The notes under the pieces were generated by a model, which saw only the letters and a list, made by a program, of their open reading frames with translations, searched no databases and was not told the DNA's origin. A stretch of 64,000 bases of DNA, from NCBI GenBank assembly GCA_964344565.1, contig CAYFNT010000019.1:6196-70195 (forward strand), written 5' to 3'. How positions within the stretch are numbered: position 1 is the stretch's first letter; each line of letters opens with the position of its first letter. Made by a program: the position numbers and the translations under genes. Source of the DNA: an uncultured bacterium (GTDB lineage Bacteria > Krumholzibacteriota > Krumholzibacteriia > JACNKJ01). Shown here one piece after another: positions 53,936 through 63,887 of the stretch.

Positions 53936-54388
53936 GTGCTCTACTCAAAAGCCAGCGAATACGCGATCCGCGCCATGGTTTTCCTCGCCGAACAGCCCGA
54001 AGGCGAGCTGATCCAGCTCAAGGAGGTCGCGGCCAGGGAAGACATTCCCTTCCATTTCCTGGCCAAGACCATGCAGATCCTGTCTCGGCGCGGCCTGGTG
54101 CGAAGCCATCGCGGGCCCCGCGGAGGATTCTGCCTGGCCCGAGACGCTGGAGAGATCACGCTCTACGACATCGTCGATCCCATCGACCACATCACCAACT
54201 ACGACGAGACCTGCATTCTCGGCATCCATCCCTGCAATGACGAGGCGGCCTGCCCGCTCCACGACGAGTGGAAGAAGATCCGTCGATCCATCCGTTTGAC
54301 CTTGGAAGGCAAGAGCTTGCGGGACATGGTGGGGCGCCTCGAGGAGAAGCGGGCCATCCTGTCCGAGATGGGCTTGACCGGCGAATAA
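53936..54388 (+). CDS. Rrf2-family transcriptional regulator (IscR-like, with Cys ligands for an Fe-S cluster)
   Basis: SKASEYAIRAMVFLA wHTH, RGPRGGF and a C-x6-C-x5-C-x2-H cluster (CILGIHPCNDEAACPLH). GTG start after GGAGG. Confidence 0.8.
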   Translation: MLYSKASEYAIRAMVFLAEQPEGELIQLKEVAAREDIPFHFLAKTMQILSRRGLVRSHRGPRGGFCLARDAGEITLYDIVDPIDHITNYDETCILGIHPCNDEAACPLHDEWKKIRRSIRLTLEGKSLRDMVGRLEEKRAILSEMGLTGE

Positions 54389-54399
54389 GCCTTTGGTAT

Positions 54400-54425
54400 A
54401 TTCTGGAGTGATTAGTCCAGAATAT
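54400..54425. other. Perfect inverted repeat TATTCTGGA-n8-TCCAGAATA immediately downstream of rrf2
   Basis: 9-bp arms, AT-rich. Hairpin or dimeric-protein binding site. Confidence 0.5.
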
Positions 54426-54579
54426 GCCGTTTCCCGGGCGGGGAAGCTGACGGACTGAGAGATCTTCGAAGACGGTTGAGGACTGGTGATGCTGTTCGCC
54501 GTGGTGAGCAGTGAGGGGTAAGCAGGAAGTCCGGTCTTCGAAGCGGTGAGGGGGTTCAGGTTTTTCCGCCCGGCTACTT

Positions 54580-54608
54580 CCGAGGGGAGCGCTCCCCTCG
54601 GATTTTTC
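54580..54608 (+). terminator. Palindromic rho-independent terminator CCGAGGGGAGCGCTCCCCTCGG plus ATTTTTC
   Basis: Fully self-complementary 22-mer followed by a T tract on the plus strand. Overlaps the stop of the convergent moaB-like gene. Confidence 0.7.
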
Positions 54609-55128
54609 ATGCCCTCCGGCGCGCTTCCCTGAGAATGTGACCGATTTCGGTAAGCACGAGTTTCTCCATGGCCAGCTTGACGCCGCCGGGGGATCCGGGC
54701 ATGGCCACGATGGCCTGCTCTCCCCGGATGCCCGCCAGCGCGCCGCTGAGCATGGCCGCCGCGCCGATCTCCTCGTAGCTGAGCATGCGGAAGAGTTCGC
54801 CGAAGCCGGGCACGACCCGGTCGCAGAGTTCCTCGACCACCTCCGAGGTGCGGTCCCGCAGGCCCACACCCGTGCCGCCGCTGAGCAGCACTCCGTCGCA
54901 GCCCGCGCGATCCAGGCCGTCCAGGATGGCCTCCTCGATGGCCCGGGGCTCGTCGGGAACGATGCGCCGATCCAGGCCCTGGTGCCCCGCTTCCTCGAGC
55001 ATCGCCGCCATGAGGGCGCCGGAGCGGTCGTCCTCCAGGGTTCGGGTGTCGCTCACCGTGATCAGCACCAGGCGCAGCTCGCCCGGCGCTTCCCGGCGAT
55101 GGCTCACATGGCTGGGGGTTTCGTTCAT
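54607..55128 (-). CDS. Molybdenum cofactor biosynthesis protein MoaB/MogA family
   Basis: LRLVLITVSDTRT and LLSGGTGVGLRDRT motifs. 173 aa. AAAGGAGGAG RBS. The long upstream part of the track ORF was rejected. Confidence 0.8.
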   Translation of the reverse strand: MNETPSHVSHRREAPGELRLVLITVSDTRTLEDDRSGALMAAMLEEAGHQGLDRRIVPDEPRAIEEAILDGLDRAGCDGVLLSGGTGVGLRDRTSEVVEELCDRVVPGFGELFRMLSYEEIGAAAMLSGALAGIRGEQAIVAMPGSPGGVKLAMEKLVLTEIGHILREARRRA

Positions 55129-55185
55129 GGCTCCTCCTTTCGGAATCCATAGCACAAGGAGCCGCGCTGCGCTATCCTCCGGGCC

Positions 55186-56265
55186 ATGGACAACTCCGGC
55201 ACCGACAGCCTCCGCGCGAAACTCCTCGACTGGTTCGACCGACATCGGCGCCCCATGCCCTGGCGCGCCGATCCCAGCCCCTACAAGGTTTGGATCTCCG
55301 AGATCATGCTGCAGCAGACGCAGGTGAGCACGGTGATTCCCTACTTCGAAAGATTCGTCGAACGCTTTCCCTCGCCGAGGCATCTCGCCGAATCGGACGA
55401 GGAAGAGGTGCTCGCTCACTGGAGCGGCCTGGGCTACTACCGTCGCGCGCGCAATCTGCGCAGGGCGGCGCAGGTTCTGCTCGACGATCACGATGGACAG
55501 CTCCCCCGCGACCTGAAGGCCCTGCAGAAGCTGCCGGGAGTGGGGCGCTACACGGCGGGCGCGATCGCGTCCATCGCCTTCGGCATTCCCGCCCCCGCGG
55601 TGGACGGCAACCAGATCCGCGTGCTCACGAGGCTCGAGGCCCTCGATGGCGACCCCTCGCGCAATCCCCTCAAGGCCACCCTCTGGCGAAGGGCCGGGGA
55701 GTTGGTCGAAGGCGAACGTCCCGGCGATCTGAATCAGGCCCTCATGGAGATGGGCGCCCGCGTCTGCAAGCCGACTTCGCCGAACTGCGGGGAGTGCCCG
55801 GCGGCCGAGTCCTGCCTGGCTTTCCGGGACGGCCGGGCCGAGGAGTTTCCCCGCAAGGATCCGGCCGAGGCGCCGCGTCCCGTGCGAGTGGAAGTTGGGG
55901 TCTTTCAGCGTGGAGAGCGTGTGCTGCTCAGCCGGGGCCAGCGCCCCTTCCTGGGCGATCTCTGGAACCTGCCCTACCGCGTGCGCGACGGCGGGGGCTT
56001 CCGCGCCGAGGATTGGCGACAGCTGGGCCTGGACGCGCCCGAACTGCGCCACCTGGGCGAACATCGCATGAGCATCACGCGCTACCGCATCAGCCAGGAG
56101 ACGGTCACCGGCGATGTGGAATTGCTGGTGGGCGAGAATTTGCCCGAGTACCGATGGTTCTCCCGCCACGAACTCGGCGACCTGGGTCTGCCCGCCTTTT
56201 CCCGCAAGCTCCTTGACCGCTACTTCGAAGGCGAAGACGCGAAAAAGCCCCGCTCCAAATCCTGA
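55186..56265 (+). CDS. mutY: A/G-specific adenine DNA glycosylase
   Basis: PWR..DPYKVWISEIMLQQTQV, LPGVGRYTAG and the Cys cluster CKPTSPNCGECP, plus a C-terminal NUDIX-like domain. Confidence 0.9.
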   Translation: MDNSGTDSLRAKLLDWFDRHRRPMPWRADPSPYKVWISEIMLQQTQVSTVIPYFERFVERFPSPRHLAESDEEEVLAHWSGLGYYRRARNLRRAAQVLLDDHDGQLPRDLKALQKLPGVGRYTAGAIASIAFGIPAPAVDGNQIRVLTRLEALDGDPSRNPLKATLWRRAGELVEGERPGDLNQALMEMGARVCKPTSPNCGECPAAESCLAFRDGRAEEFPRKDPAEAPRPVRVEVGVFQRGERVLLSRGQRPFLGDLWNLPYRVRDGGGFRAEDWRQLGLDAPELRHLGEHRMSITRYRISQETVTGDVELLVGENLPEYRWFSRHELGDLGLPAFSRKLLDRYFEGEDAKKPRSKS

Positions 56266-56281
56266 GCGGGGCCCATTCCGA

Positions 56282-56866
56282 CTAGTACAATGTCTTCAGA
56301 TGCTCCCAGGTCGTGCTCTCCGTGCTCGTCCATCCGCTGAGCAGGATGATGTTGCAGGGCTCGTAGCCGCAGGCGAAGGCCATGAGGTCCGGGGCCGGCT
56401 CCTGGCAGACGTCGTGGTCGATGTCCCAGGCCTGGAAGGTGTGCAGGAAGATGCGCTCCTCCAGCAGGAATCCGTCGCCCGCCGCATCGGCGTAGAGAAG
56501 GCAGTGGAAGCCCGGATTGCCGCAGCAATCGATGCAGAGGGCCCAGTCCGCCCAGTTCTCGCCGAATAGCGGATGATCCAGCCAGGGATCCGGCCAGTAG
56601 GTGTCATAGATGCTCGTGTCGGTCCCGTACATGTGGAAGTAGGTCTCGTAGCAGAACCAGCAGGTTCCGCCGAGGCCGAAGTGGAGTTCGGTGATCCATT
56701 CGGATCCCGAATCGGGAACGAGCACCATGCGCACCGTGGCTTCGGACTCCTCGGTGAACTCGTTGATGGTGTAGGGATCGTCGTCGGTGTCGATGTCCAG
56801 CAGGATCTGGTAGGCGCCCGCGGGAATCGAGACCAAGAGTAGCAGAATCGCGATAGTCAGTTTCAT
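56282..56866 (-). CDS. Small secreted Cys-rich protein, tandem paralog 1, with the C-terminal TWEHLKTLY tail
   Basis: Signal peptide MKLTIAILLLLVSIPAGA, then GGTCWFC, CIDCCGNPGFHC, AFACG and PCNII motifs. Confidence 0.6.
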   Translation of the reverse strand: MKLTIAILLLLVSIPAGAYQILLDIDTDDDPYTINEFTEESEATVRMVLVPDSGSEWITELHFGLGGTCWFCYETYFHMYGTDTSIYDTYWPDPWLDHPLFGENWADWALCIDCCGNPGFHCLLYADAAGDGFLLEERIFLHTFQAWDIDHDVCQEPAPDLMAFACGYEPCNIILLSGWTSTESTTWEHLKTLY

Positions 56867-56885
56867 GCCGACTCCTTTCCGCGTG

Positions 56886-57485
56886 TCAGTAAAGTGCCTT
56901 GACCAGTTCCCAACTGGTCTCCATGGATGCCTGTCCCGGTACGGATGAAAGGGGCGAGCTCAGGTTGATCACGTTGCAGGGCCCCCCGCAGGCGAAGGCC
57001 ATGAGGTCGGGGGGCGGTTCCTGGCAGATGTCATGGTCGATGTCCCAGGCCATGAAGTCGCGAAGGAAGATCCGCTCCTCCAGATAGAATCCTCCGCCCA
57101 CGGCCTCGGCCGAGAAGAAGATGTGGTAGCCCGGATTTCCGCAGCAGTCGATGCAGGTGGCGCCGCCCATTTCCGCATTCTCGAATAGAGGATGCTCGAG
57201 CCATGGCTCGATGAAGGCGAAGAGCTCGCAGTCGGTGCCGTACATGTGGAAGTAGTCCTCGAAACAGAACCAACAGGTTCCTCCCAGACCGAAGTGGATG
57301 ATGGATATCCATTCTCCATCTCCCTCCGGAGCCAGGATGAGGCGAACGAGGGCCTCTGCTTCGGGGGTGGATTCGTTGAGGGTGTAGGGATCGTCGTCCA
57401 GATCGATGTCGAGCAAGATCTGAAAAGCAGCGACCGGGACGGCGGTGAAGATCAGGCATATGAGCAAGACGAACAGTTTTTTCAT
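56886..57485 (-). CDS. Small secreted Cys-rich protein, tandem paralog 2, with the C-terminal SWELVKALY tail
   Basis: Signal peptide MKKLFVLLICLIFTAVPVAA. Cys pattern as paralog 1 (GGTCWFC, CIDCCGNPGYH, AFACGGPCNVI). Confidence 0.6.
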   Translation of the reverse strand: MKKLFVLLICLIFTAVPVAAFQILLDIDLDDDPYTLNESTPEAEALVRLILAPEGDGEWISIIHFGLGGTCWFCFEDYFHMYGTDCELFAFIEPWLEHPLFENAEMGGATCIDCCGNPGYHIFFSAEAVGGGFYLEERIFLRDFMAWDIDHDICQEPPPDLMAFACGGPCNVINLSSPLSSVPGQASMETSWELVKALY

Positions 57486-57858
57486 GCTTGCCTCCTGATG
57501 CCGCTATGGGGCGGTCGCGGGTCTGTCGCGTGGATCCCGGCCGGGCGACCCGAGTGGGGATGCGCTCCCCGGCCGACCGGAATCAGTGGGGAGCCCCGCT
57601 GAGATCCCCGCGGGCATGCCGATGCGCTCTTCCCGATGCGTGGGCATCGAAGGTCGTCCTGGATTCACCTTTTGGAAGGATTCGGATCGACGCAGGCGGC
57701 GCGTGCCGCCTCGAGAGGCAGGCTGTCGGCAGGGGTGTCCTCATCACGGGTCCTCTTCCCAATTTCAAAGGAAAGCTTCCCTTTGACCTTCTAATTATAT
57801 ACTTTTCAGGCTTCCCTGACTAGCAGTACGACCGTTCGAGCGTCGACGAGGTGCCCTC

Positions 57859-60276
57859 ATGCCCTACGATCCTTCGAAGATCGAGCCCAAGTGGCAGCAG
57901 TATTGGAGCGAAAACAAGACCTTCCGCGCCGAGGACGGCGGGAGCAAGCCCAAGTACTACGTGCTGGACATGTTCCCCTATCCCTCCGGCGACGGGCTGC
58001 ACGTCGGTCATCCCGAGGGCTACACCGCCACCGACATCGTCTCGCGCTACAAGCGCATGCGCGGCTTCAACGTGCTGCATCCCATGGGATGGGACGCCTT
58101 CGGCCTGCCCGCCGAGAACTACGCCGTGAAAACGGGCACCCATCCGCGGCTGACCACCGAGAGGAACATCGAGACCTTCCGCCGCCAGCTGCAGATGTTC
58201 GGCTTCAGCTACGACTGGGATCGCGAGGTGGCCACCACCGATCCGGACTACTACAAGTGGACCCAGTGGATCTTCACCCTGCTCTATGGCAAGGGCCTGG
58301 CCTACGAGGCCGAGGTGGCGGTGAACTGGTGCCCGGCCCTGGGCACGGTGCTCGCCAACGAGGAAGTCGTCGACGGCATGAGCGAGATCGGCGGGCATCC
58401 GGTGGTGCGCCGACCCATGCGCCAGTGGATGCTGAGGATCACCGACTACGCCGAGCGGCTGCTGGAGGATCTGGAGGAACTGGACTGGCCCGAGTACATC
58501 AAGGATCTGCAGCGCAACTGGATCGGCCGCAGCGAAGGCGCCGAGGTGGACTTCGTGGTGGAGGGCCGCGAGGAGAAACTGCGCATCTTCACCACCCGTC
58601 CGGACACGCTCTTCGGCGCGACCTACATGGTGCTTAGCCCCGAGCATCCCTGGGTGAGCGATCTCTGCGATTCGGACTGTCGCGACACTGTGAAGGGCTA
58701 CTGCGAGGAAGCCTCGCGCAAGAGCGACATGGACCGCCAGATGTCCAGGGAGAAGACCGGCGTCTTCACGGGCAGCTACGCGGTCAATCCGGTGAACGAT
58801 GAACGCATACCCATCTGGATCGCCGACTACGTGATGATGGGGTACGGCACCGGCGCCATCATGGCCGTGCCCGGACAGGACGAGCGCGACTGGGAGTTCG
58901 CCGAGAAGTTCGACCTGCCCATCATCCGCACGGTCGAGCCGCCGGAGGACTGGGACGGCAAGGCCTACGCGGGCGAGGGCCTGGCCATCAACAGCCAGTT
59001 CCTCGACGGGCTCGGCGTGGCCGATGCCATCGCCAGGATGAACGCCTGGCTCGAGGAGAAGGGCCTGGGCAAGGCCACGGTGCAGTACAAGCTGCGCGAC
59101 TGGCTCTTCAGCCGCCAGCGCTACTGGGGCGAGCCCTATCCCCTGCACCGGCTCGAGGACGGCAGCATCCGCGCCCTCGAAGTGGACGAGCTTCCCCTCA
59201 CCCTGCCCGAGGTGGACAAGTACGAGCCCGCCGGCACCGGCGAGGGTCCCCTGGCGGCCATCGGCGAGTGGATCAACATCACCGATCCGAAGACCGGGCG
59301 GAAGGCCATGCGCGAGAGCAACACCATGCCCCAGTGGGCGGGCAGCTGCTGGTACTACCTGCGCTTCATCGATCCCCGCAATCCCGACGAGGCCTGGAAC
59401 GCCGATCTCGAAAACTACTGGATGCCGGTGGATCTCTACCTGGGCGGCACCGAGCATGCGGTGCTGCATCTGCTCTACGCCCGTTTCTGGCACAAGGTGC
59501 TCTTCGACCTGGGCCTCGTGTCCACCAAGGAGCCCTTCCAGAAACTGCGCAACCAGGGAATGATCCTGGGCGAGAACGGCGAGAAGATGAGCAAGAGCCG
59601 CGGCAACGTGGTCAATCCCGACGACGTGATCCGCGACCACGGCAGCGACTCCCTGCGCCTCTTCCTCATGTTCCTGGGGCCCCTGGAACGCGACAAGCCC
59701 TGGAGCACCACGGGTATCGAGGGCATCCACCGATTCCTGGACAGGGTCTGGCGCCTCTTCCACGACGATGAGGACGCGCCCCATCCGGCCGTGCAGGATG
59801 TGGCACCCGACGAGGACACGCTCCGCCTGCTGCACAAGACCATCGCCGAGGTCACCCGCATGACCGAGGACCTGCGCTTCAACACGGCCATCAGCCAGAT
59901 GATGATCTTCGTCAACGAGATGATGCCGCGGGAAGTTCGCAGCCGCGAGGCCCTGGAGAAGTTCATCCGCCTGCTCGCGCCTTACGCCCCGCACCTGGCC
60001 GAAGAAGTCTGGAGCCGCCTGGGCCATGAGGAGTGCATCGCCTACCAGCCCTGGCCGGCGTACGACGAGAAGTGGCTGGCCGAGGACACGGTGACGGTGG
60101 TGGTGCAGGTGAACGGCAAGCTGCGCGACAGCTTCGAGCTGCCGGCCGACGCCGACGAGGAGGCCGTGCAGGCCAAGGTCGCCGAAAGCGAGAAGCTGGC
60201 TCCCTGGCTTGCGGGCAAGAACATCGTCAAGACCATCTACGTGCCGGGCAAGCTGGTGAACCTGGTGGTGAAGTAG
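57859..60276 (+). CDS. leuS: Leucyl-tRNA synthetase
   Basis: HVGHPEGY (HIGH) and KMSKSRGN (KMSKS) motifs plus an editing domain. 805 aa. Confidence 0.95.
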   Translation: MPYDPSKIEPKWQQYWSENKTFRAEDGGSKPKYYVLDMFPYPSGDGLHVGHPEGYTATDIVSRYKRMRGFNVLHPMGWDAFGLPAENYAVKTGTHPRLTTERNIETFRRQLQMFGFSYDWDREVATTDPDYYKWTQWIFTLLYGKGLAYEAEVAVNWCPALGTVLANEEVVDGMSEIGGHPVVRRPMRQWMLRITDYAERLLEDLEELDWPEYIKDLQRNWIGRSEGAEVDFVVEGREEKLRIFTTRPDTLFGATYMVLSPEHPWVSDLCDSDCRDTVKGYCEEASRKSDMDRQMSREKTGVFTGSYAVNPVNDERIPIWIADYVMMGYGTGAIMAVPGQDERDWEFAEKFDLPIIRTVEPPEDWDGKAYAGEGLAINSQFLDGLGVADAIARMNAWLEEKGLGKATVQYKLRDWLFSRQRYWGEPYPLHRLEDGSIRALEVDELPLTLPEVDKYEPAGTGEGPLAAIGEWINITDPKTGRKAMRESNTMPQWAGSCWYYLRFIDPRNPDEAWNADLENYWMPVDLYLGGTEHAVLHLLYARFWHKVLFDLGLVSTKEPFQKLRNQGMILGENGEKMSKSRGNVVNPDDVIRDHGSDSLRLFLMFLGPLERDKPWSTTGIEGIHRFLDRVWRLFHDDEDAPHPAVQDVAPDEDTLRLLHKTIAEVTRMTEDLRFNTAISQMMIFVNEMMPREVRSREALEKFIRLLAPYAPHLAEEVWSRLGHEECIAYQPWPAYDEKWLAEDTVTVVVQVNGKLRDSFELPADADEEAVQAKVAESEKLAPWLAGKNIVKTIYVPGKLVNLVVK

Positions 60277-60280
60277 AACC

Positions 60281-60934
60281 GTGCCGACGAAACTCGCCAT
60301 CTTCGATCTGGATGGAACCCTCGCGGACACCCTCGCCGACATCGCCCACACTATGAACGCCGTGCTGGCGGCGCGGGGCTATCCCGAGCATTCCCTCGAT
60401 GACTATCGCCGCTTCGTGGGCAACGGCGTGGCCACGCTTTCATCCCGCGTGATTCCAAGCTCGGACATCGATCTGGCGCCGAAGCTGGTCGAGGATTTCC
60501 GCGAACTATACCCTTCGCGCATGTACGACAACACCGTGCCCTTCGAGGGGCTCGCCGCATGCCTCGACGATCTGGTCGAGGGGGGAGTCGGCCTGGCCGT
60601 CCTGAGCAACAAACCACATTTCCTCACGGTGCCCATGTGCGAACGGCTCTTCGCCGATTGGCCCTTCGATCCGATCTGGGGGAAGATGGACGAGTGGCCG
60701 CTCAAGCCCGATCCGGCTTCCGCCCTGGAGATCGCGAAGCTGCGCGCCGTGGATCCTGCGGATTGCGCCTTCGTGGGGGACAGCGGCGTGGACATGGCCA
60801 CCGGCAAGGCCGCCGGCATGCGTTCGGTGGGGGTGCTCTGGGGATTCCGCGGGCGGGAGGAGCTGCTCGAGTTCGGCGCCGACGACATCGCGGGACATGT
60901 GGCCGAGCTGGCCGGACTCATCCTCGATGAGTAG
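60281..60934 (+). CDS. HAD-superfamily hydrolase (phosphoglycolate phosphatase-like)
   Basis: IFDLDGTLADT motif I and GDSGVD motif IV. GTG start. Confidence 0.75.
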   Translation: MPTKLAIFDLDGTLADTLADIAHTMNAVLAARGYPEHSLDDYRRFVGNGVATLSSRVIPSSDIDLAPKLVEDFRELYPSRMYDNTVPFEGLAACLDDLVEGGVGLAVLSNKPHFLTVPMCERLFADWPFDPIWGKMDEWPLKPDPASALEIAKLRAVDPADCAFVGDSGVDMATGKAAGMRSVGVLWGFRGREELLEFGADDIAGHVAELAGLILDE

Positions 60935-61489
60935 TCAGGCTTCGAACTCTCTCTTCAGCAGTCCGTAAAGGTAGTGGTCGCGCTCCCTGCCAGCCGGATC
61001 CACCAGCATGGACTTCACGCGGCCCTCCCGCCGCATGCCCAGCTTCTCGGCCACGCGCCGGCTGGCCAGGTTCTTCACGTCGCAGTTGAGCCAGATGCGA
61101 CCTGCGCCGAGATCCTCGAAGGCGTAGCGCGCGATGCGACGGCAGGCTTCGGTGCAGAGTCCTCGGCCTTGCCTGTCGGAGCGGATCCAGTAGCCGATCT
61201 CGTAGCCCATCACGGGATCGCCCAGGCGCATGAGCCCCATCATTCCCAGGAACCTGTCGTCCTTCTTGTCGAACACGCCGAGGTGCAACTCGCGATCCCG
61301 CTCGCGGCCCTCTCGTGTGAAACGCACGAAGGCCCGGGCCATCTCCAGGTCGTAGTTCGCTTCGGCCCAGAACAGGTAGGGCTGCAGCTCGTGGGAGCTG
61401 GCCTGTACGGCCTGTGTCAGGGCACGCGCATCCTGCATGCGTAGGGAGCGAAGCAGCAGGCGCCGCGACTCAATCTTGACCGGCTTCAT
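60935..61489 (-). CDS. GNAT family N-acetyltransferase (RimJ/RimL-like)
   Basis: RQGRGLCTEACRRIARYAF acetyl-CoA binding motif. 184 aa. Confidence 0.8.
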   Translation of the reverse strand: MKPVKIESRRLLLRSLRMQDARALTQAVQASSHELQPYLFWAEANYDLEMARAFVRFTREGRERDRELHLGVFDKKDDRFLGMMGLMRLGDPVMGYEIGYWIRSDRQGRGLCTEACRRIARYAFEDLGAGRIWLNCDVKNLASRRVAEKLGMRREGRVKSMLVDPAGRERDHYLYGLLKREFEA

Positions 61490-62690
61490 GGGGCTCCTTC
61501 GGCGGCGCGAGTGACAGTCCCGTGAGGGCCCAGAAGAGCAGGATCACTTCGGCGTCGCCGAAGTACCATTCGAAAAGCCCCGCGACCATGAAGGCCGTCC
61601 ACACGGAGATGCCGGCCAGGATCCAGGCAAGCTGTTCGGGCGGCGCGCGTTCGCCGAGCCTTCGAAGTTCGCGAAGACGCCGCCACTGCAGCCAGGGGAT
61701 CGATCCCAGGAAGACAAGGGCCAGAGCCAGACCGGGAATGCCCCAGAGCACGGCGAACATCACCGGATTGCTGTGGAAGTGTCCGTAGACGATCACGTGT
61801 TCGCGGTCTTCTGCGGGCGTGTAGATCTCGTAGTAGCTACGCAGGTCGCGATCGCCAAGGCCCGTGATGGGATGGTCCTTCAGGATGCGCCAGCCCGTCT
61901 TCCACATGTAGAGTCGCTGCCAGTTGCTGGCGTACTCCTTGCCGGGGCGGAAGACCGAGGTGAATCGTTCGCGATATCGTGGCGGCGCCAGGAGCAGCGC
62001 GACGATGAGAAGCACCGGCAGGATCAAGGCGAGTCGGGGGCGTTTCAGGAGCATCAACACGAAGAGTCCTGCCAGGAATCCCATCCAGCAGGAGCGACAC
62101 TGGATGAGGATGAGCACCCAGAAGCCGAGCCCGAAGGCGATGGATAGAAACAAGCCCCGCGGTCCACGGGGGAAACTCATCAGGAAGGCGAAGAGGGTCA
62201 GGGTGCCCATCATCAGGATGGCGCCGGCGGTCATGGGATTGGTGGTGAGGGGCAGCTTGCCCATGCGTTTGAAGTTCTCGGCGATCTCGACAACTTCGAA
62301 GGCTTGCAGCAGTCCGTAGACCGCGGCTCCTGCGAGCCCGAGGGCGAGGGCCGGAAGGAAGAGGCGACGCCATCGCGAGTCCAGGATCGTTTCGGCGAAG
62401 AGCCAGACGGCTGGAACGAGCCACCAGCGTTTCAGGTGGTGAAGGCTTTCCACGGGATCGGTGGCCGCGGGAAGGGTGACGAGGATCCATCCCAGCCAGA
62501 GCAGCAGCGGCGCTTCGAGACCGGTGAGGCCGGGCTTGCGCCCTCCGAAGAGCAGGGCCAGTCGCAGCAGGATCGCCGTGCCCAGGGCGGTCTGGCTGAT
62601 GGCGACGGAAAAGGGCGCGGCCAGCATCACGACGACGAGCAGTCCTCCGAGGATGCCGTCCGTGATCCCGCCGCGCCCTTTCGAAGTCAT
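61470..62690 (-). CDS. O-antigen ligase/Wzy-like polytopic membrane protein
   Basis: At least 10 predicted TM helices with a periplasmic-loop region (Wzy_C-like) after TM8. Confidence 0.65.
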   Translation of the reverse strand: MTSKGRGGITDGILGGLLVVVMLAAPFSVAISQTALGTAILLRLALLFGGRKPGLTGLEAPLLLWLGWILVTLPAATDPVESLHHLKRWWLVPAVWLFAETILDSRWRRLFLPALALGLAGAAVYGLLQAFEVVEIAENFKRMGKLPLTTNPMTAGAILMMGTLTLFAFLMSFPRGPRGLFLSIAFGLGFWVLILIQCRSCWMGFLAGLFVLMLLKRPRLALILPVLLIVALLLAPPRYRERFTSVFRPGKEYASNWQRLYMWKTGWRILKDHPITGLGDRDLRSYYEIYTPAEDREHVIVYGHFHSNPVMFAVLWGIPGLALALVFLGSIPWLQWRRLRELRRLGERAPPEQLAWILAGISVWTAFMVAGLFEWYFGDAEVILLFWALTGLSLAPPKEPHEAGQD

Positions 62691-62696
62691 GGGCGG

Positions 62697-63887
62697 CTAG
62701 CCCGCGGCCTCGACGATGAGGGTGGCCGCTTCTCCTCCGCCGATGCAGAGGCTGGCCAGTCCGCGTTTCTTGCCTTCCTGCTTCATGATGTGCAGGAGCG
62801 TCACGAGGATGCGGGCGCCACTGGCGCCGATGGGGTGCCCGAGGGCCACCGCGCCGCCGCGCAGGTTGACCTTGGAGCCGTCCAGGTCGAGCAGCTCGTT
62901 GTTGGCCAGGGACACCACCGCGAAGGCCTCGTTGATCTCGTAGACGTCGATGTCTTCGGTGGACAGTCCTGCCTTGTCCAGCGCCTTCTTCACCGACTTG
63001 GCCGGGGCCGTGGTGAACCACTCGGGCTCCTGGGCCGCGCTGGCCTGGGCCACGATCTTCGCCAGGGGCCTGAGGCCGCGCTTCTCGGCCTCCTCCGCGC
63101 TCATCAGCACAAGCGCCGCCGCGCCGTCGTTGATGCTGCTGGCGTTGGCTGCGGTCACGCTGCCCTCCTTGTCGAAGGCGGGGCGAAGCGCGGGAATCTT
63201 GTCGAAGCGCACCCGGCCGGGTTCCTCGTCCTTGTCGACGATGACCGGATCGCCCTTGCGCTGGGGGATGGCCACGGGCACGATCTCTTCCTCGAAGACG
63301 CCGTCCTCGATGGCCTTCTGGGCGCGCTGATAGCTCTCGGTGGCGAAGGCGTCCTGGGCCTCGCGGTCGAATCCCTTCTCGCGGGCGCAGAGCTCGGCGG
63401 CGTTGCCCATGTGGTAGTTGTGGTAGGGGTCCCAGAGCCCGTCCATGACCATGCCGTCCTTCATCTTCCAGTCGCCCATCTTGGCGCCTTCACGGCTGCC
63501 GAGCAGGTAGTGGGGGGCGGAGCTCATGTTCTCCATGCCGCCGGCTACGATGATGTCAGCATCGCCCAGGGCGATGGCTTGCGCGGCGAGCATCACCGAC
63601 TTGAGTCCGGAGCCGCAGACCTTGTTGATGGTCAGGCACTCGACGCCAACGGGAAGTCCGGCTCCCAGGGCGGCCTGGCGGGCGGGAGCCTGGCCCACGC
63701 CGGCGGGAAGCACGCATCCCATGATGCACTCGCTCACATCGGCGCCGTCCACGCCCGCGCGTTCGAGGGCCGACTTGATGGCGGCGGCGCCGAGCTGGGG
63801 AGCCGGCACTCCGGAGAGGCTGCCGAGGAAGGATCCGATGGGAGTCCGCGCGGCGGACACGATGACGACGTCTCGAATTGCGGCCAT
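62697..63887 (-). CDS. Acetyl-CoA C-acetyltransferase (thiolase II)
   Basis: VCGSGLKS active Cys, the NEAFA motif, and GHPIGASGARI/CIGGGEA C-terminal thiolase signatures. AAGGAG RBS. Confidence 0.9.
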   Translation of the reverse strand: MAAIRDVVIVSAARTPIGSFLGSLSGVPAPQLGAAAIKSALERAGVDGADVSECIMGCVLPAGVGQAPARQAALGAGLPVGVECLTINKVCGSGLKSVMLAAQAIALGDADIIVAGGMENMSSAPHYLLGSREGAKMGDWKMKDGMVMDGLWDPYHNYHMGNAAELCAREKGFDREAQDAFATESYQRAQKAIEDGVFEEEIVPVAIPQRKGDPVIVDKDEEPGRVRFDKIPALRPAFDKEGSVTAANASSINDGAAALVLMSAEEAEKRGLRPLAKIVAQASAAQEPEWFTTAPAKSVKKALDKAGLSTEDIDVYEINEAFAVVSLANNELLDLDGSKVNLRGGAVALGHPIGASGARILVTLLHIMKQEGKKRGLASLCIGGGEAATLIVEAAG

